From Giardia intestinalis (lineage: Eukaryota), in the NCBI GenBank assembly GCA_000002435.2, contig CM018790.1: a stretch of 64,000 nt of DNA; one strand, 5' to 3'. Under the pieces are notes generated by a model, which saw only the letters and a list, made by a program, of their open reading frames with translations, searched no databases and had not been told where the DNA came from. Shown here piece by piece: positions 29,584-39,501 of the stretch (position 1 is its first letter; each line of letters starts with the position of its first letter). Position numbers and translations under genes: made by a program.

Positions 29584-31479
29584 TCACTCAGAAAGGATCT
29601 CAATAATCTCCTCGTATATCAACTCATTAGCAATGTCGAGAGCCGTAGTACCAGCCTCGAATCCAATAAACTCGCGGGTGGATCTTAAGTCCTTTTCCCT
29701 ATCCTTAAGGAGTCTCACACACCCTGGCTCCCTGTTACACACTGCCCACATAAGGGCTGTCCATCCATATTTATCCGTCCTCTTTGTTTCCTGAATATTC
29801 CTTCTAACTGCTCCAACATCTCCAATGCAAGCAGCGCACATAAGGTTTGTCCAGCCCGAGGCATCACGCTCGCTCTTGTGCTCACAGAGCAATCTGACAC
29901 AGTCTGTATGGCCTTCCTCTGCTGCAAACATGAGGGCTGTCGAACCATCACTCTTCTGCATGCCCCCCTCCTTCTCTAGCAATAGTTTAACACAGTCTTG
30001 GTGGCCGTTCTGCGCTGCAAACATGAGGGCGGTCTTACCATCGCTATCCTTCATGCGCGCCTCTTTCTCTAGAAGCAGCTTGACGCACTCTGTGCGGCCG
30101 TTCTGTGCTGCCCACATGAGGGCTGTATATCCCCTGCCATCATGCACACCCGCTTGCTGAAGGTTACTCCTAACCGCATCAGCATCTCCAATGCAAGCAG
30201 CGCACATAAGGTTTGTCCAGCCCGAGGCATCACGCTCGCTCTTGTGCTCACAGAGCAATCTGACACAGTCTGTATGGCCTTCCTCTGCTGCAAACATGAG
30301 GGCTGTCGAACCATCACTCTTCTGCATGCCCCCCTCCTTCTCTAGCAATAGTTTAACACAGTCTTGGTGGCCGTTCTGCGCTGCAAACATGAGGGCGGTC
30401 TTACCATCGCTATCCTTCATGCGCGCCTCTTTCTCTAGAAGCAGCTTGACGCACTCTGTGCGGCCGTTCTGTGCTGCCCACATGAGAGCCGTCTTGTCAT
30501 TGCTATCCTTCATGCCCTCCTCCTTCTCCAGGAGCAGTCTGGCGCACTCTGTGCGGCCGTTCTGCGCTGCAAACATGAGAGCCGTCTTATGGTTGTTGTC
30601 ATATTTGCCACCCTCGCGACTAACTAGCAGTCGCACTACATCCGCATGGCCGTATTCCGCTGCTGTCATTAGAGCCGTCCCTCCGGTCATGCGCCATCTG
30701 TCTATCTTAACACCCCCTTCCGCTTTCTTTCTCTCTTGAAGGGGTAGCAATTCCATCATCTCTGCATCTGTATCTCCATTCTCTGCCGCATTCACGAGGG
30801 ATCTCCTCTGCATGCCACCCTCTTTCTCTAACAGTAGCTTGACACACTCCGCATGTCCACGCAGTGCTGCCATCATGAGGGCTGTCCATCCATCAGGCCT
30901 CTGCATACCCTCTTCTTTGTCAAGTAGAAGCTTAAGGCATTCTACGTGCCCATTCCTTGCTGTAGACATGAGGGCTGTTTCCCCGGCTCCGTCCTTCATC
31001 CCCCCTTGAATTGGTACAAGCAGCCTTACCATTTCAGTGTCTCCCCTGGCTGCTGCCCGCATGAGTGCTGTGACTCCATTCCTATCTGTTGGATCCTCGT
31101 AGGATATAATTACCCTAGTAACCTCTAGGCGCCCGTCGTTGAGAGCATGACGCAGGGCGCTATGATCTTGATCACCCTTCACATCCTTCCCGCGCTCCAG
31201 GACGGACTTTATCGCCTCTATGGGACTATACCCCGCCACCCACATGAGAGCTGTTTGACCATGGTTGTCCTGTCTACAGATTAGATTAAACCTAGTACCC
31301 AGTAACCCCTTGACATCTTCCGTACCATCCTTAGCGGTCTGCATGAGCTCGGTCACACCACCTGAGGGGCTCGGGGGGCCGCCAGATTCAACACGCCTGC
31401 GATCAACATCGCTCTGTGCCATTTTTATTTTCTCTCCTGGCCAAGTGCAATTTTCATTTTCTCTCCTGGCCAAGTGCAT
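29584..31479 (-). CDS. Ankyrin-repeat protein (21.1-type) with an internal, perfectly duplicated 103-aa block.
   Basis: More than 15 ankyrin repeats (TALMWAAQNGRTECVKLLLEKE...). The alternative and more AT-rich start is MAQSDVD.. at 31422 (aaaataaaaATGgca). The 3' end lies about 560 bp from the neighbouring gene. Confidence 0.8.
   Translation of the reverse strand: MHLARRENENCTWPGEKIKMAQSDVDRRRVESGGPPSPSGGVTELMQTAKDGTEDVKGLLGTRFNLICRQDNHGQTALMWVAGYSPIEAIKSVLERGKDVKGDQDHSALRHALNDGRLEVTRVIISYEDPTDRNGVTALMRAAARGDTEMVRLLVPIQGGMKDGAGETALMSTARNGHVECLKLLLDKEEGMQRPDGWTALMMAALRGHAECVKLLLEKEGGMQRRSLVNAAENGDTDAEMMELLPLQERKKAEGGVKIDRWRMTGGTALMTAAEYGHADVVRLLVSREGGKYDNNHKTALMFAAQNGRTECARLLLEKEEGMKDSNDKTALMWAAQNGRTECVKLLLEKEARMKDSDGKTALMFAAQNGHQDCVKLLLEKEGGMQKSDGSTALMFAAEEGHTDCVRLLCEHKSERDASGWTNLMCAACIGDADAVRSNLQQAGVHDGRGYTALMWAAQNGRTECVKLLLEKEARMKDSDGKTALMFAAQNGHQDCVKLLLEKEGGMQKSDGSTALMFAAEEGHTDCVRLLCEHKSERDASGWTNLMCAACIGDVGAVRRNIQETKRTDKYGWTALMWAVCNREPGCVRLLKDREKDLRSTREFIGFEAGTTALDIANELIYEEIIEILSE
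29817..30491. repeat. Two identical 309-bp segments, 29817–30125 and 30183–30491, at a 366-bp period, inside the ankyrin CDS.
   Basis: Six-frame ORF pairs are identical at both positions (29825../30191.., 29715../30069..). The nucleotide strings from 'catctccaatgcaagcagcgcacataagg' to 'gctgcccacatgag' match exactly. Confidence 0.85.
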
Positions 31480-31771
31480 AAGACCGCAATTATTTCGTAA
31501 TTTACACTACCCAAGCTACGATGCACTACAGCTATATGGCATAGGCTCCTGCATATTTTCTGTTGCATGCCGTAATGGTGTAGTGTGCAGTACTACACTA
31601 CTCCGGGCTGTTACCGACCAGAGCTCGCCGAGTAGACCAGTCGTCTGAGGCAGAGGCGGACACTTATGTAGGGACCGAGGGCCTTCTGCTCTACAGATGG
31701 ATGGCTATGAGACGCGGCATATCGCCTGCTCGTTGGTAGGGGCTTCTCGACGGCAGGGAACGCTGCTTTCA

Positions 31772-34700
31772 GTGGTGTGCCGCTGGGGCCTGCCTGCGGG
31801 CGCTGTCCAGAGATCTTACTGGTAAATTCCCGCTCAATTTTTGGTGATGTCCGGAGACGAGGGTTGGTCGTGTATCAATATAAAGACCACAGTGGTGGAA
31901 GGGAGGAGCTATCTGCGTTCCTCGGGTGTTCTGCGGGTGTGTGCTCGGTCTAAGAGTGCACATAGATCCTTTTGGAGATCACGCCGTCCTGCAGGCTCGC
32001 TGGTCTACTAGGGTGCCTCTCCTTGTTCTCCCTTTACGGTTGGTGAAGCTCTGGTCTTTGTTGTCATTCTCAATGCTGTCCATACAGATCGGCAGCAGCT
32101 AGCGGGGCTTTCTCTTCTGGTTGGGATTCAACTCGGTTGTGTGTCCAGTCTTTGCCCCTTCTCGGTCGTTGTCGTCGGGTCCCAGGGATGGACTCATTCG
32201 GTTGTCAGAAGTAGGATGACAGGAGGCGGGGTGACCAGGCTTTCGGCCCGGCCCGTCTGATCAGCCCCGTCAGGTCCTCGTTCGCCTCTGCAGCCATGTA
32301 GGCGATGGCGAAGGCAGCCCGGACAGAGGTCCACGTGGAGCTCCTTGAGGTGCCCCTTGGACTGGGGTGGAGGGATCCGTCCGTCCCGTAGATGATCGGG
32401 AGCGTCCCGTCCCTGTACTTCTTGGCCTTCTCGCTGTGGTATCCATCTGGCGGGGCTGGATGACACCCACGTCCACTGCCTTGCACTTGTCGACGAGCCA
32501 GATGTCGGGCTTCTGGTTCTGGTCGCTGAGGTGGCTGTGGGTCTTGACTTCCAGCTCTGCGCTGAGCTTCCCCGAGACGCGGAGGTACAGGCACGCGACG
32601 ATCATGTCGTGCCTCGTGGCAGCCCGGGCAGGTGCCTCTTTCTGCGCCATGATCGAGCCGCCCTTCTCCTTCAGGGCCCTTTCCTCCTCGGTCAGCACGC
32701 CGCACATCTGCAGACAGTACGTCGCCGCTCTGTCCGGAAGCTGGTGTGTGCGCGTGAGGAGGCGGTTGAAGTAGGCCCCTTCCCCTGCAGTGCCTGGCCG
32801 CCCACCGACAGCTCCACCGGGTCTCTGGCCCCCTTGTTGACGTCCAAGGAGGCCCATACCCTCCGCAGCTCGTCGTGGTAGAATCCAGGCATGAGCAGGT
32901 CCAGGCCGCCCTTCTCCTTCGGGTACGCTAGGAAGTCGACCAGGCGATCGCAGCTTCTGTTGGTTAGTGCTGATGCCTTGTGCGACGTCTGTCGAACTCC
33001 TCGTAGTCCGCCTTGTCCGATGTTACTTCGACCAGGGGGGCGTAGCTCACCATCGGGACCACACAGAGTGACACCAGGATGAGCTTCTGGTGGATGGTTA
33101 TTGGGGCATTCTCGATCTTCTTCAAGGCAGTCTCGGCACCTGCGATGGCCTTTGGGGCGAGACTAGCAGGAGTGGGGGACGCCGGGTGGTTGAGGAAGGT
33201 CACCTCCTCGCCCGCCATGGTGGACTTGCATTTGTCGCTCCTGATCGTCAGGTCCATGGTCTGCTGTGTTATCACACCTGCTGGGTACCCTTCGTCGTGG
33301 AACCCCACGATGTCGTCTGCATAGGCAAGGAAGGCGATGCCCCTCTCCTCGAGGCGTCTCAGGAGGCGCTCGGTGGCCATGCAGAAGAGGAACGTGCTGA
33401 GCGGGTCGCCCTGGGGGACGCCGCAGACCTCGCACTTCACGTCCTTGCTGTGCCTCAGGTCGAGGAAGTTCCTGATGTAGTCGACCAGGACCTTCGGGAC
33501 GCCCGCCTCGTTCAGGGCTCTGACGACCTCTGCCCTCGGGAGCGAGTTGAGGGCGTTCTTTGTGTCGAGGGAGACGGCGTGCATCCCCGCCCGCTGATGA
33601 GCTCGTGGGCCCTCCTCACGCCTACCGCGTATGCGTTCTGCTTGAAGGCGATCTGCTCGCATGAGAGGTAGTTGGCATGCCTGATCAGCCCTTCAGCAGG
33701 ACGCGGTGGAAGATGTTCGTGACCGTCCGCCTATCGCGATCGGGGGTATCCGTCGGACTCCTTCGGGATGAGGATCGCCCGGAACTCGAACATGGTCGTC
33801 ACCTCGGGTATCGCCTCGGGGTGAGTGGTCAGCTCGTTGTACGCCTGCGTGAGGTATTTCACAAAGCTGTCGTTCTGCTTCATCGCCTGAGCTGGACCGG
33901 CCCGAGACCAGACACGCCCGAGGCCTTCTTGTTGAGAGTTCCAAACAGGGCCTTCCTCATTTCCTCCTCGGTTGCCACTCCAGCCCTGTCGAGTTCATCG
34001 ATGGAGGGTAGTCAAGGCCAACGCAGCCTTCGGGGGGACGCACGGGTGTAGCGCGCTGAGGGGGCCTTGGCCTTCTCTGGCTTGTCTATCGTGGGTGTGT
34101 CAAGGAACAGAGGACCTGGCAGCCATTAAAGCTCAGCGCGTTGTTCACCCTGTTTGCTATCCGGCGCCTCGCCTTCTCGGGGTCTGGGTCTGCCTTGCTC
34201 TGGGACTGCTCCGTGGTGTTGTCTGGCAGAGGGGCCCTCTGGCAGCTTCCCACCAGGGCGTCTAGGCCCCTGATTGCGGGGAGCGCGACCCCAGTCCCGG
34301 CCTGCTCGATGCTCGCGATCATGCGCGCACCCTGGTGGATGAGCATGGCAGCTGTCTGGTTCGGTATGTGGGCCGGAAGGATCAGCTTGTCGTCGCCCAG
34401 CACTCTGTGTCTGTCATCGTTTGCTTCTCTCAGGTGCTCGGTTGGTTGCTTGGCGCTCTCGCACGGCAGGCCACAGAGCCAGCGTGTGTGTCCTGCCGAG
34501 AGGGCAAGCGTCTTCGAAGTGGTCCTCCGAGTAGAGACTCACGGCTTGCTCTCTGGGGCCCAAAGGTATGATCTTGCGTTCGTAATACGGATCTGGTCCT
34601 CGCGGGCTCTCCTTCGCCTCAAGTCCAGCTGTGCACATCCGCAGAACAGCCGAGGAACGCACAGGCCCCAGATCCACAAACGGAGGGAGCTCTTCCCTAT

Positions 34701-34861
34701 CACCACTGTGGCTATCACTGCGACCCGTGGCCAGCCCCCGCCTCCGGGCTGGCCAGGGACTGAGCGAGGCTTACCTGTGAGATCTTTGGATCATACTTCC
34801 AGGCAGGCCCCAGCGGCACACCACTGGAAGCAACCGGTGGGTGGAGTAAAGAAACTGGTAG
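31772..34861 (-). mobile_element. GilD/Genie 2-like degenerate retrotransposon, copy B, in inverted orientation. About 3.09 kb.
   Basis: Its ORF set mirrors copy A (RT fragment 32964–33662 on the minus strand, identical 232 aa). Termini are cagtggtgtgccgctggggcctgcc at 31772 and its reverse complement at about 34840. It shares the extended 5' terminus 'tttactccacccaccggttgcttccagtgg' with copy C. Confidence 0.8.
32964..33662 (-). pseudogene. RT fragment of copy B, identical in protein to 25027–25725.
   Basis: Identical 232-aa translation with the YADD motif. Confidence 0.75.
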
Positions 34862-35141
34862 AATAATCCGAAGTGCGGATTGCATTTAGAAGGATTGCCG
34901 CCCGCACCTCGTGCTTCTGAGACCACAGATAAGCAAGGACTGTTCTCTGCGGTGGCTTAAAAAGCCTATCTATCATATCAGAGGGCAGCTCGCCATACCT
35001 CGTGATGAACAGCGGAAGGACCTTGTCCCTTTGGTCTGCCGGATACCTTGATCCCAGTGCTACGGCTCCCTGAAAATCTACGAGGTTAAGCGCATTGTAG
35101 AGACTCTCTGCCAGCTCGCCTATGGGGGTCAGAACAGGCAT
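34862..35141 (-). pseudogene. Alpha-giardin (annexin-like) N-terminal fragment of about 93 codons. It ends exactly at the GilD copy B boundary.
   Basis: MPVLTPIGELAESLYNALNLVDFQGAVALGSRYPADQRDKVLPLFITRYGELPSDMIDRLFKPPQRTVLAYLWSQKHEVRAAILLNAIRTSDYSTSFF.. parallels alpha-1 giardin as I recall it (MPKVTDIANELKQAIDAKDE..YGKELPDDIKKALKGG..SDRHEVRAQHIRDALSGRNDHMAFF). Homology stops at the element terminus near 34861. The rest of the gene is absent. Confidence 0.6.
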
Positions 35142-35192
35142 TGACGGACAGTGAAAAGCCGATTATTAATTCACACCTGTTAAATGCACGCT

Positions 35193-36097
35193 TTAGTTTG
35201 CGCCTTCGGTGTCAACACGCCAAAGTGCACAAAGAGCTCGCCCGAGACGGGCGTCGTAGAGGCGCTTAAAGTCTGAGCCGAGCTTGCCGTACTTTTCATA
35301 CGCAAACTTACACTTTAATGCCTTGTCGAACATAAGAGAGGTGATGCGAACCATCCGGTCACTATCGCCCTTTTTGCCAGAGTTGGCGAGGGAGCATAGG
35401 TAGGCAGCGGCATAGCCGGGCTGTAGCAGGTAGAAGTGGGCGGTAAGCAGGGCCTCCATGTCTGTCTTCACGTAGTTGGACGCAATAAGGGTCTCCACCT
35501 CGACGCCGTACTTCTCTGTGAACACCTTATTTATCTTTTTCCACTCTCCCTCTGTGGTGTTGCACAGGAGATCGATCAGGCCATCGGGGTTGCCAGATTC
35601 CAAGTAGCCCATGAGCGCCGCGGCATCCTCACTAATAGCCTTGCGCTCGTATCTGTCGTGTTTGATCCACCCCTTGATGAGTTGCGACCACGGCTCAGAG
35701 CTGCCGATATCACTGAGCAGGGTGTCGTTGGCCACTTTCTGAAATATGCGCGTGTAGTGTGCTCCCATCTCGTACCAGTCTTCTGGGCCGCAAAAGAGGA
35801 CGACGTCTATCAGTGCAGACTTGTTGTTCTTGCCACTGAGGGCCTGGTTGAGTAGGCGTGCACGCACCTCCTGTGCATCTGTCCACGCATACATCAGAAG
35901 CGTTTCAGCAGGCCCTGACTTTAGAGCTTTCTTGATTGCATCAGCAGGGTACATCCCATAGATGGACTTGTAGTTGATTACGACTTGTCTCGGTGCTTCG
36001 ACGCATACTGCGAGGTCAACTGGACAAGAGCGGACTCGTTTTTGCTATCTATAATCTCCCTCAGCTCCGTGGTGAGGTCGGATACAGTGAGGGACAT
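35193..36097 (-). CDS. Alpha-giardin (annexin homologue) with an apparent single-nucleotide frameshift near 35990 to 36000.
   Basis: The body (35193–35954) has alpha-giardin hallmarks ([19 protein letters not shown].., [60 protein letters not shown]). The N-terminus (ATG 36097: [39 protein letters not shown]) is in a different frame and stops. The two segments join into one alpha-giardin if one base is added or removed. Confidence 0.7.
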
Positions 36098-37017
36098 CAG
36101 GTCTAGAGTGAATTTTTGACTGTTTCACTTTGATTTAATGAAAAGGGTTCACAAAAGGATTTTAAAGCGGGCGTTATGAGCGCGAAAGTCGTAAGTATCT
36201 GTGTACAGGTCGGAAAGGTGAACACAGGTTACGATCAGAAAGCGTCGCTCCGTTGCTTCGCTGCTCCGCCGCCCATATCTTACGGTGTGCACAGAATCAA
36301 ATTATTGCCAGGAGAAGGTCTAGATTGCGTTGGCTTTCTTTCTCAGTGGGGGCTGTGCCTCGTAGCTCCTGGCCCGGGGTCAAGGCTGTCTCTATGACGC
36401 TGTCGAAGCAGATGTGGTCTTCTAGGCACCATAAGTAATCTTCGTGCACAAACAGGTCCTCCCCGGCCGGAGAGGCGCTGCTTGGGAGCAAAATGTGCGG
36501 CTGATATGTTGTGCCAGCCATGATTGGTTTGTAATTCTCCGTCCACATTAGTTTTTATGTCATTACTTTTTACTTTTGCATAAAGCAGCAGCTTATTGCA
36601 GCATCAGTAGTCTTGCGCCAATTACATACTAGATTATAGCGTGCTTTTTCATACGTTAGGCATACTTTTGGGCTGCAAGTTAATTGCTGGGCTTAAAGGT
36701 TGACAATGCCAATTTGTGCACCAGATCAGATTGTACTGTGTTCTTGCTTGACAACTGGTCTAATTGTGACTCAAGCAGGGCGTGCCTTATTGCTTCAATC
36801 CGTGGATTTATATTCTTGAATTCATAAAGAGATTCCCTGCACCACAATGCCACACATGAATAGTTGTAACCAGGCAGTGTCGACCCTATCCAACCCCATC
36901 GTTGGCAGTTACCAGTTCAGCAGACTCTTGTGGCTGCTTAGCTTCAAAATTTACAGAGTCTAACAGCAATATGGATGCTCAGGGTTTGTGTTCAACTATC
37001 AAAACAGCGCTAACCCT

Positions 37018-39447
37018 TCAGAGTAGCGTTGCATTTAATGTCCTGGCCATTACGGAGTCGGTGATCACGGCCTGTTGCGCATTGGGGTTACGAGAGAGCG
37101 CATCTTTTCGAACAGCGGTCTTCGCTAGTTCATAAGCAAATAGCACGCTACGGATCGTGATAGGAATACGTCGCTTTTGCCTCTCCAAAAAGAGCTTGTA
37201 TACAGCATACGCCTCATACTCGACGGGATTGGGTTGGAGATAGTATCTCACGCTAACTTGGTGGGCAGCGTTTCGCTTTTCCTCTAGATCGAGGGCAACA
37301 GTGGCGTATTCACAGAGCGCGCAGAGGGCTTGGTCGGGGGTGAGGGATGGAATGTTGCAAACCTGATTGAAAACGCCTGCAAACCCAACGTCGCTCATTG
37401 CTTTCAAGTGCGTAGTAGTGCCGAGGACAACGAGTCGGTGATCAGGCTGGGTTGGTCTACGAATAAGAGCAGTGAGGGTCTGAAGGACAGTACTGGAGAA
37501 TCGGAAGCCAATGGGCGTATACTGTATGATGGACTCTATGCCATCCAGAATTATTAGAGCGCGCGGGACCCTGTAGGCTGCCTCAAAGATTTGACATATA
37601 AGGTCCGCACGTCCATACTCTGTCGAAGTCCTCATAACAAGCTGCTCTGCAGAGATAATTCGAACAAACTCACATCCAAGCCTCTTCGCAATAACAGAGC
37701 ATAGAGCTGTACAACCAGTTCCAGTTGCAGGCGCTGCAAGCAGCATAGCGCCGGTGGTAATACTGCTGTTTAGGACAGCCTCTCCAAAAGACACAGCCTG
37801 CTGGACGACAGACTCGTAGCCGGTAGCCTTGAGGATACCTAGAGGCGCTGCAGCATCTAGCAGCGTGCGGTCTGCCTGGCCGTATCCTGCTTTAACCTCC
37901 CCCAGGGCCCTTTCAAAATCCTTTGCCTCCACTTGGACGCCAATCATGTCCAAATAGAGTAACTTGTTAGGACCCACCGACTTTGTTTTCTCAATAGCAC
38001 GCTCCATGGCAAAGGATGTAGCAGACCTAACAAGACCTGCCAGTTCAGCGCCAGAGAAATTAGGAGTGCACTCAGCGAGGTGTGCGATATTGACATCGCT
38101 TGCAAGAGACTTGGCAGCAACCAGGTTTTTAGTGTGGATCCTCAGAATCTGCTCTCTTCCTCTGCAGTCGGGAAGACCAATCTCCAGGTGCACTTCAAAG
38201 CGGCCGGGACGCATCAGAGCCTCGTCCAGAAGCTCTTTCCTGTTGGTCATACCAACCACGAGCACGTTACCAAGCGCGTCGGGCCCGTCCATCATCGCAA
38301 GTAGCTGGTTAACCAGGCTGTCCATTGTTCCAGTGTTGTCCGACTTGCTGCCTCGTTGCTTGCATACTGCATCAAGCTCGTCGATAATGATTATGTGGAG
38401 CTCGGATGCATTCTCGCGCTCTTTCCACTCCTTAAACGCGTCGCTGAACAGATCGCGCACCTTCTGCTCCGACCCACCAATGTACTTATCTAGAAGCTCT
38501 GAACCGGAAACCATCTTTGGAGGCCGCGCGTTCAGCAACTCGCCAATCTTCCTGGCTGTCAACGTTTTTCCTGTTCCAGGTGGTCCGTACAAAAGGAGAC
38601 CCTTGACGTGTGTCTGGCCAAGCTTTGCTAACTTGTCCGGTGGAAATATTCGTGACATGAACGCGCGCCTAAATATGTCCTTAAACTGCTTATTAAGGCC
38701 CCCTATTCCTAAGCTTTCTGCGTTGATTATGCCCCCCTGCTCATTCTTCTCAGACGTGTCGCTGATGAGATTCATCAGCGCCTTAGCCACCGCAGAGACT
38801 TCTGCGATTGCGTACTCCCCGGTGAGCTCTATTTCCTTTATTTGAGTCTGGAAGATTGTTGCAGTATCGGTACAGAAAGTAAGCGTGGTCTCGTCGCTCA
38901 CTATCTCCCTGTTGTCGCCAAACATGCCAACAACCATCAAGATGAAGAAGTCAGAACCGTCACTAATGGCAAGGTCCTGACCGATAGCGAGAGGGAGGTG
39001 GACAAATTTCTCTGTAATACGGGCGTTGAGATTTGCCGTGCTTATGGTTACCGGCTTTTGTTGTTTAACCATTGGCTTGATCATGAATACCACAGCGATG
39101 GCCCTGGCAGTAGCGTCAAACTTGGACCGTGACACAGTGATGGGAGTATTGTCCAAAGGCGCCCACTTTGTCTCATGAAACGGTGATAGGAGGATCACAC
39201 CCTGAGGAACCTTGGGCACGGGGTCATGGTGGGCTGTAGCTGATCCGATGTCCTTTCCTGGTCTCACTAGGACGACGTGGCCGTTCCTCTCAAGGTAGAC
39301 GTTATCAGACTTCTCGTTGCCAAGAACTGCAGCATAGTCACTAGGACATAAGTATGCACAGTTGGTCTCGAGCAAAGAGGTGCTAGGGTACTTACCGGGT
39401 TTATTAGGGTACTTACCGGCTTTGTAGCTGAATCCCTCCCCAGACAT
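37018..39447 (-). CDS. NSF: N-ethylmaleimide-sensitive factor (NSF), a vesicle-fusion AAA ATPase with two AAA domains.
   Basis: The D1 domain reads LLYGPPGTGKTLTARKIGELLNARPPKMVSGSELLDKYIGGSEQKVRDLFSDA.. followed by ..LHIIIIDELDAVCKQRGS. This matches NSF almost residue for residue as I recall it. The D2 domain carries GAPATGTGCTAL... The likely start is MSGEGF.. at 39447 (AT-rich upstream). The track starts at 39510. Confidence 0.85.
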   Translation of the reverse strand: MSGEGFSYKAGKYPNKPGKYPSTSLLETNCAYLCPSDYAAVLGNEKSDNVYLERNGHVVLVRPGKDIGSATAHHDPVPKVPQGVILLSPFHETKWAPLDNTPITVSRSKFDATARAIAVVFMIKPMVKQQKPVTISTANLNARITEKFVHLPLAIGQDLAISDGSDFFILMVVGMFGDNREIVSDETTLTFCTDTATIFQTQIKEIELTGEYAIAEVSAVAKALMNLISDTSEKNEQGGIINAESLGIGGLNKQFKDIFRRAFMSRIFPPDKLAKLGQTHVKGLLLYGPPGTGKTLTARKIGELLNARPPKMVSGSELLDKYIGGSEQKVRDLFSDAFKEWKERENASELHIIIIDELDAVCKQRGSKSDNTGTMDSLVNQLLAMMDGPDALGNVLVVGMTNRKELLDEALMRPGRFEVHLEIGLPDCRGREQILRIHTKNLVAAKSLASDVNIAHLAECTPNFSGAELAGLVRSATSFAMERAIEKTKSVGPNKLLYLDMIGVQVEAKDFERALGEVKAGYGQADRTLLDAAAPLGILKATGYESVVQQAVSFGEAVLNSSITTGAMLLAAPATGTGCTALCSVIAKRLGCEFVRIISAEQLVMRTSTEYGRADLICQIFEAAYRVPRALIILDGIESIIQYTPIGFRFSSTVLQTLTALIRRPTQPDHRLVVLGTTTHLKAMSDVGFAGVFNQVCNIPSLTPDQALCALCEYATVALDLEEKRNAAHQVSVRYYLQPNPVEYEAYAVYKLFLERQKRRIPITIRSVLFAYELAKTAVRKDALSRNPNAQQAVITDSVMARTLNATLL

Positions 39448-39501
39448 TTGACAACCCTGTTTTTTAATAAGTTCGTTAGTAAAATTGGACAAAGGTGTGG
39501 A

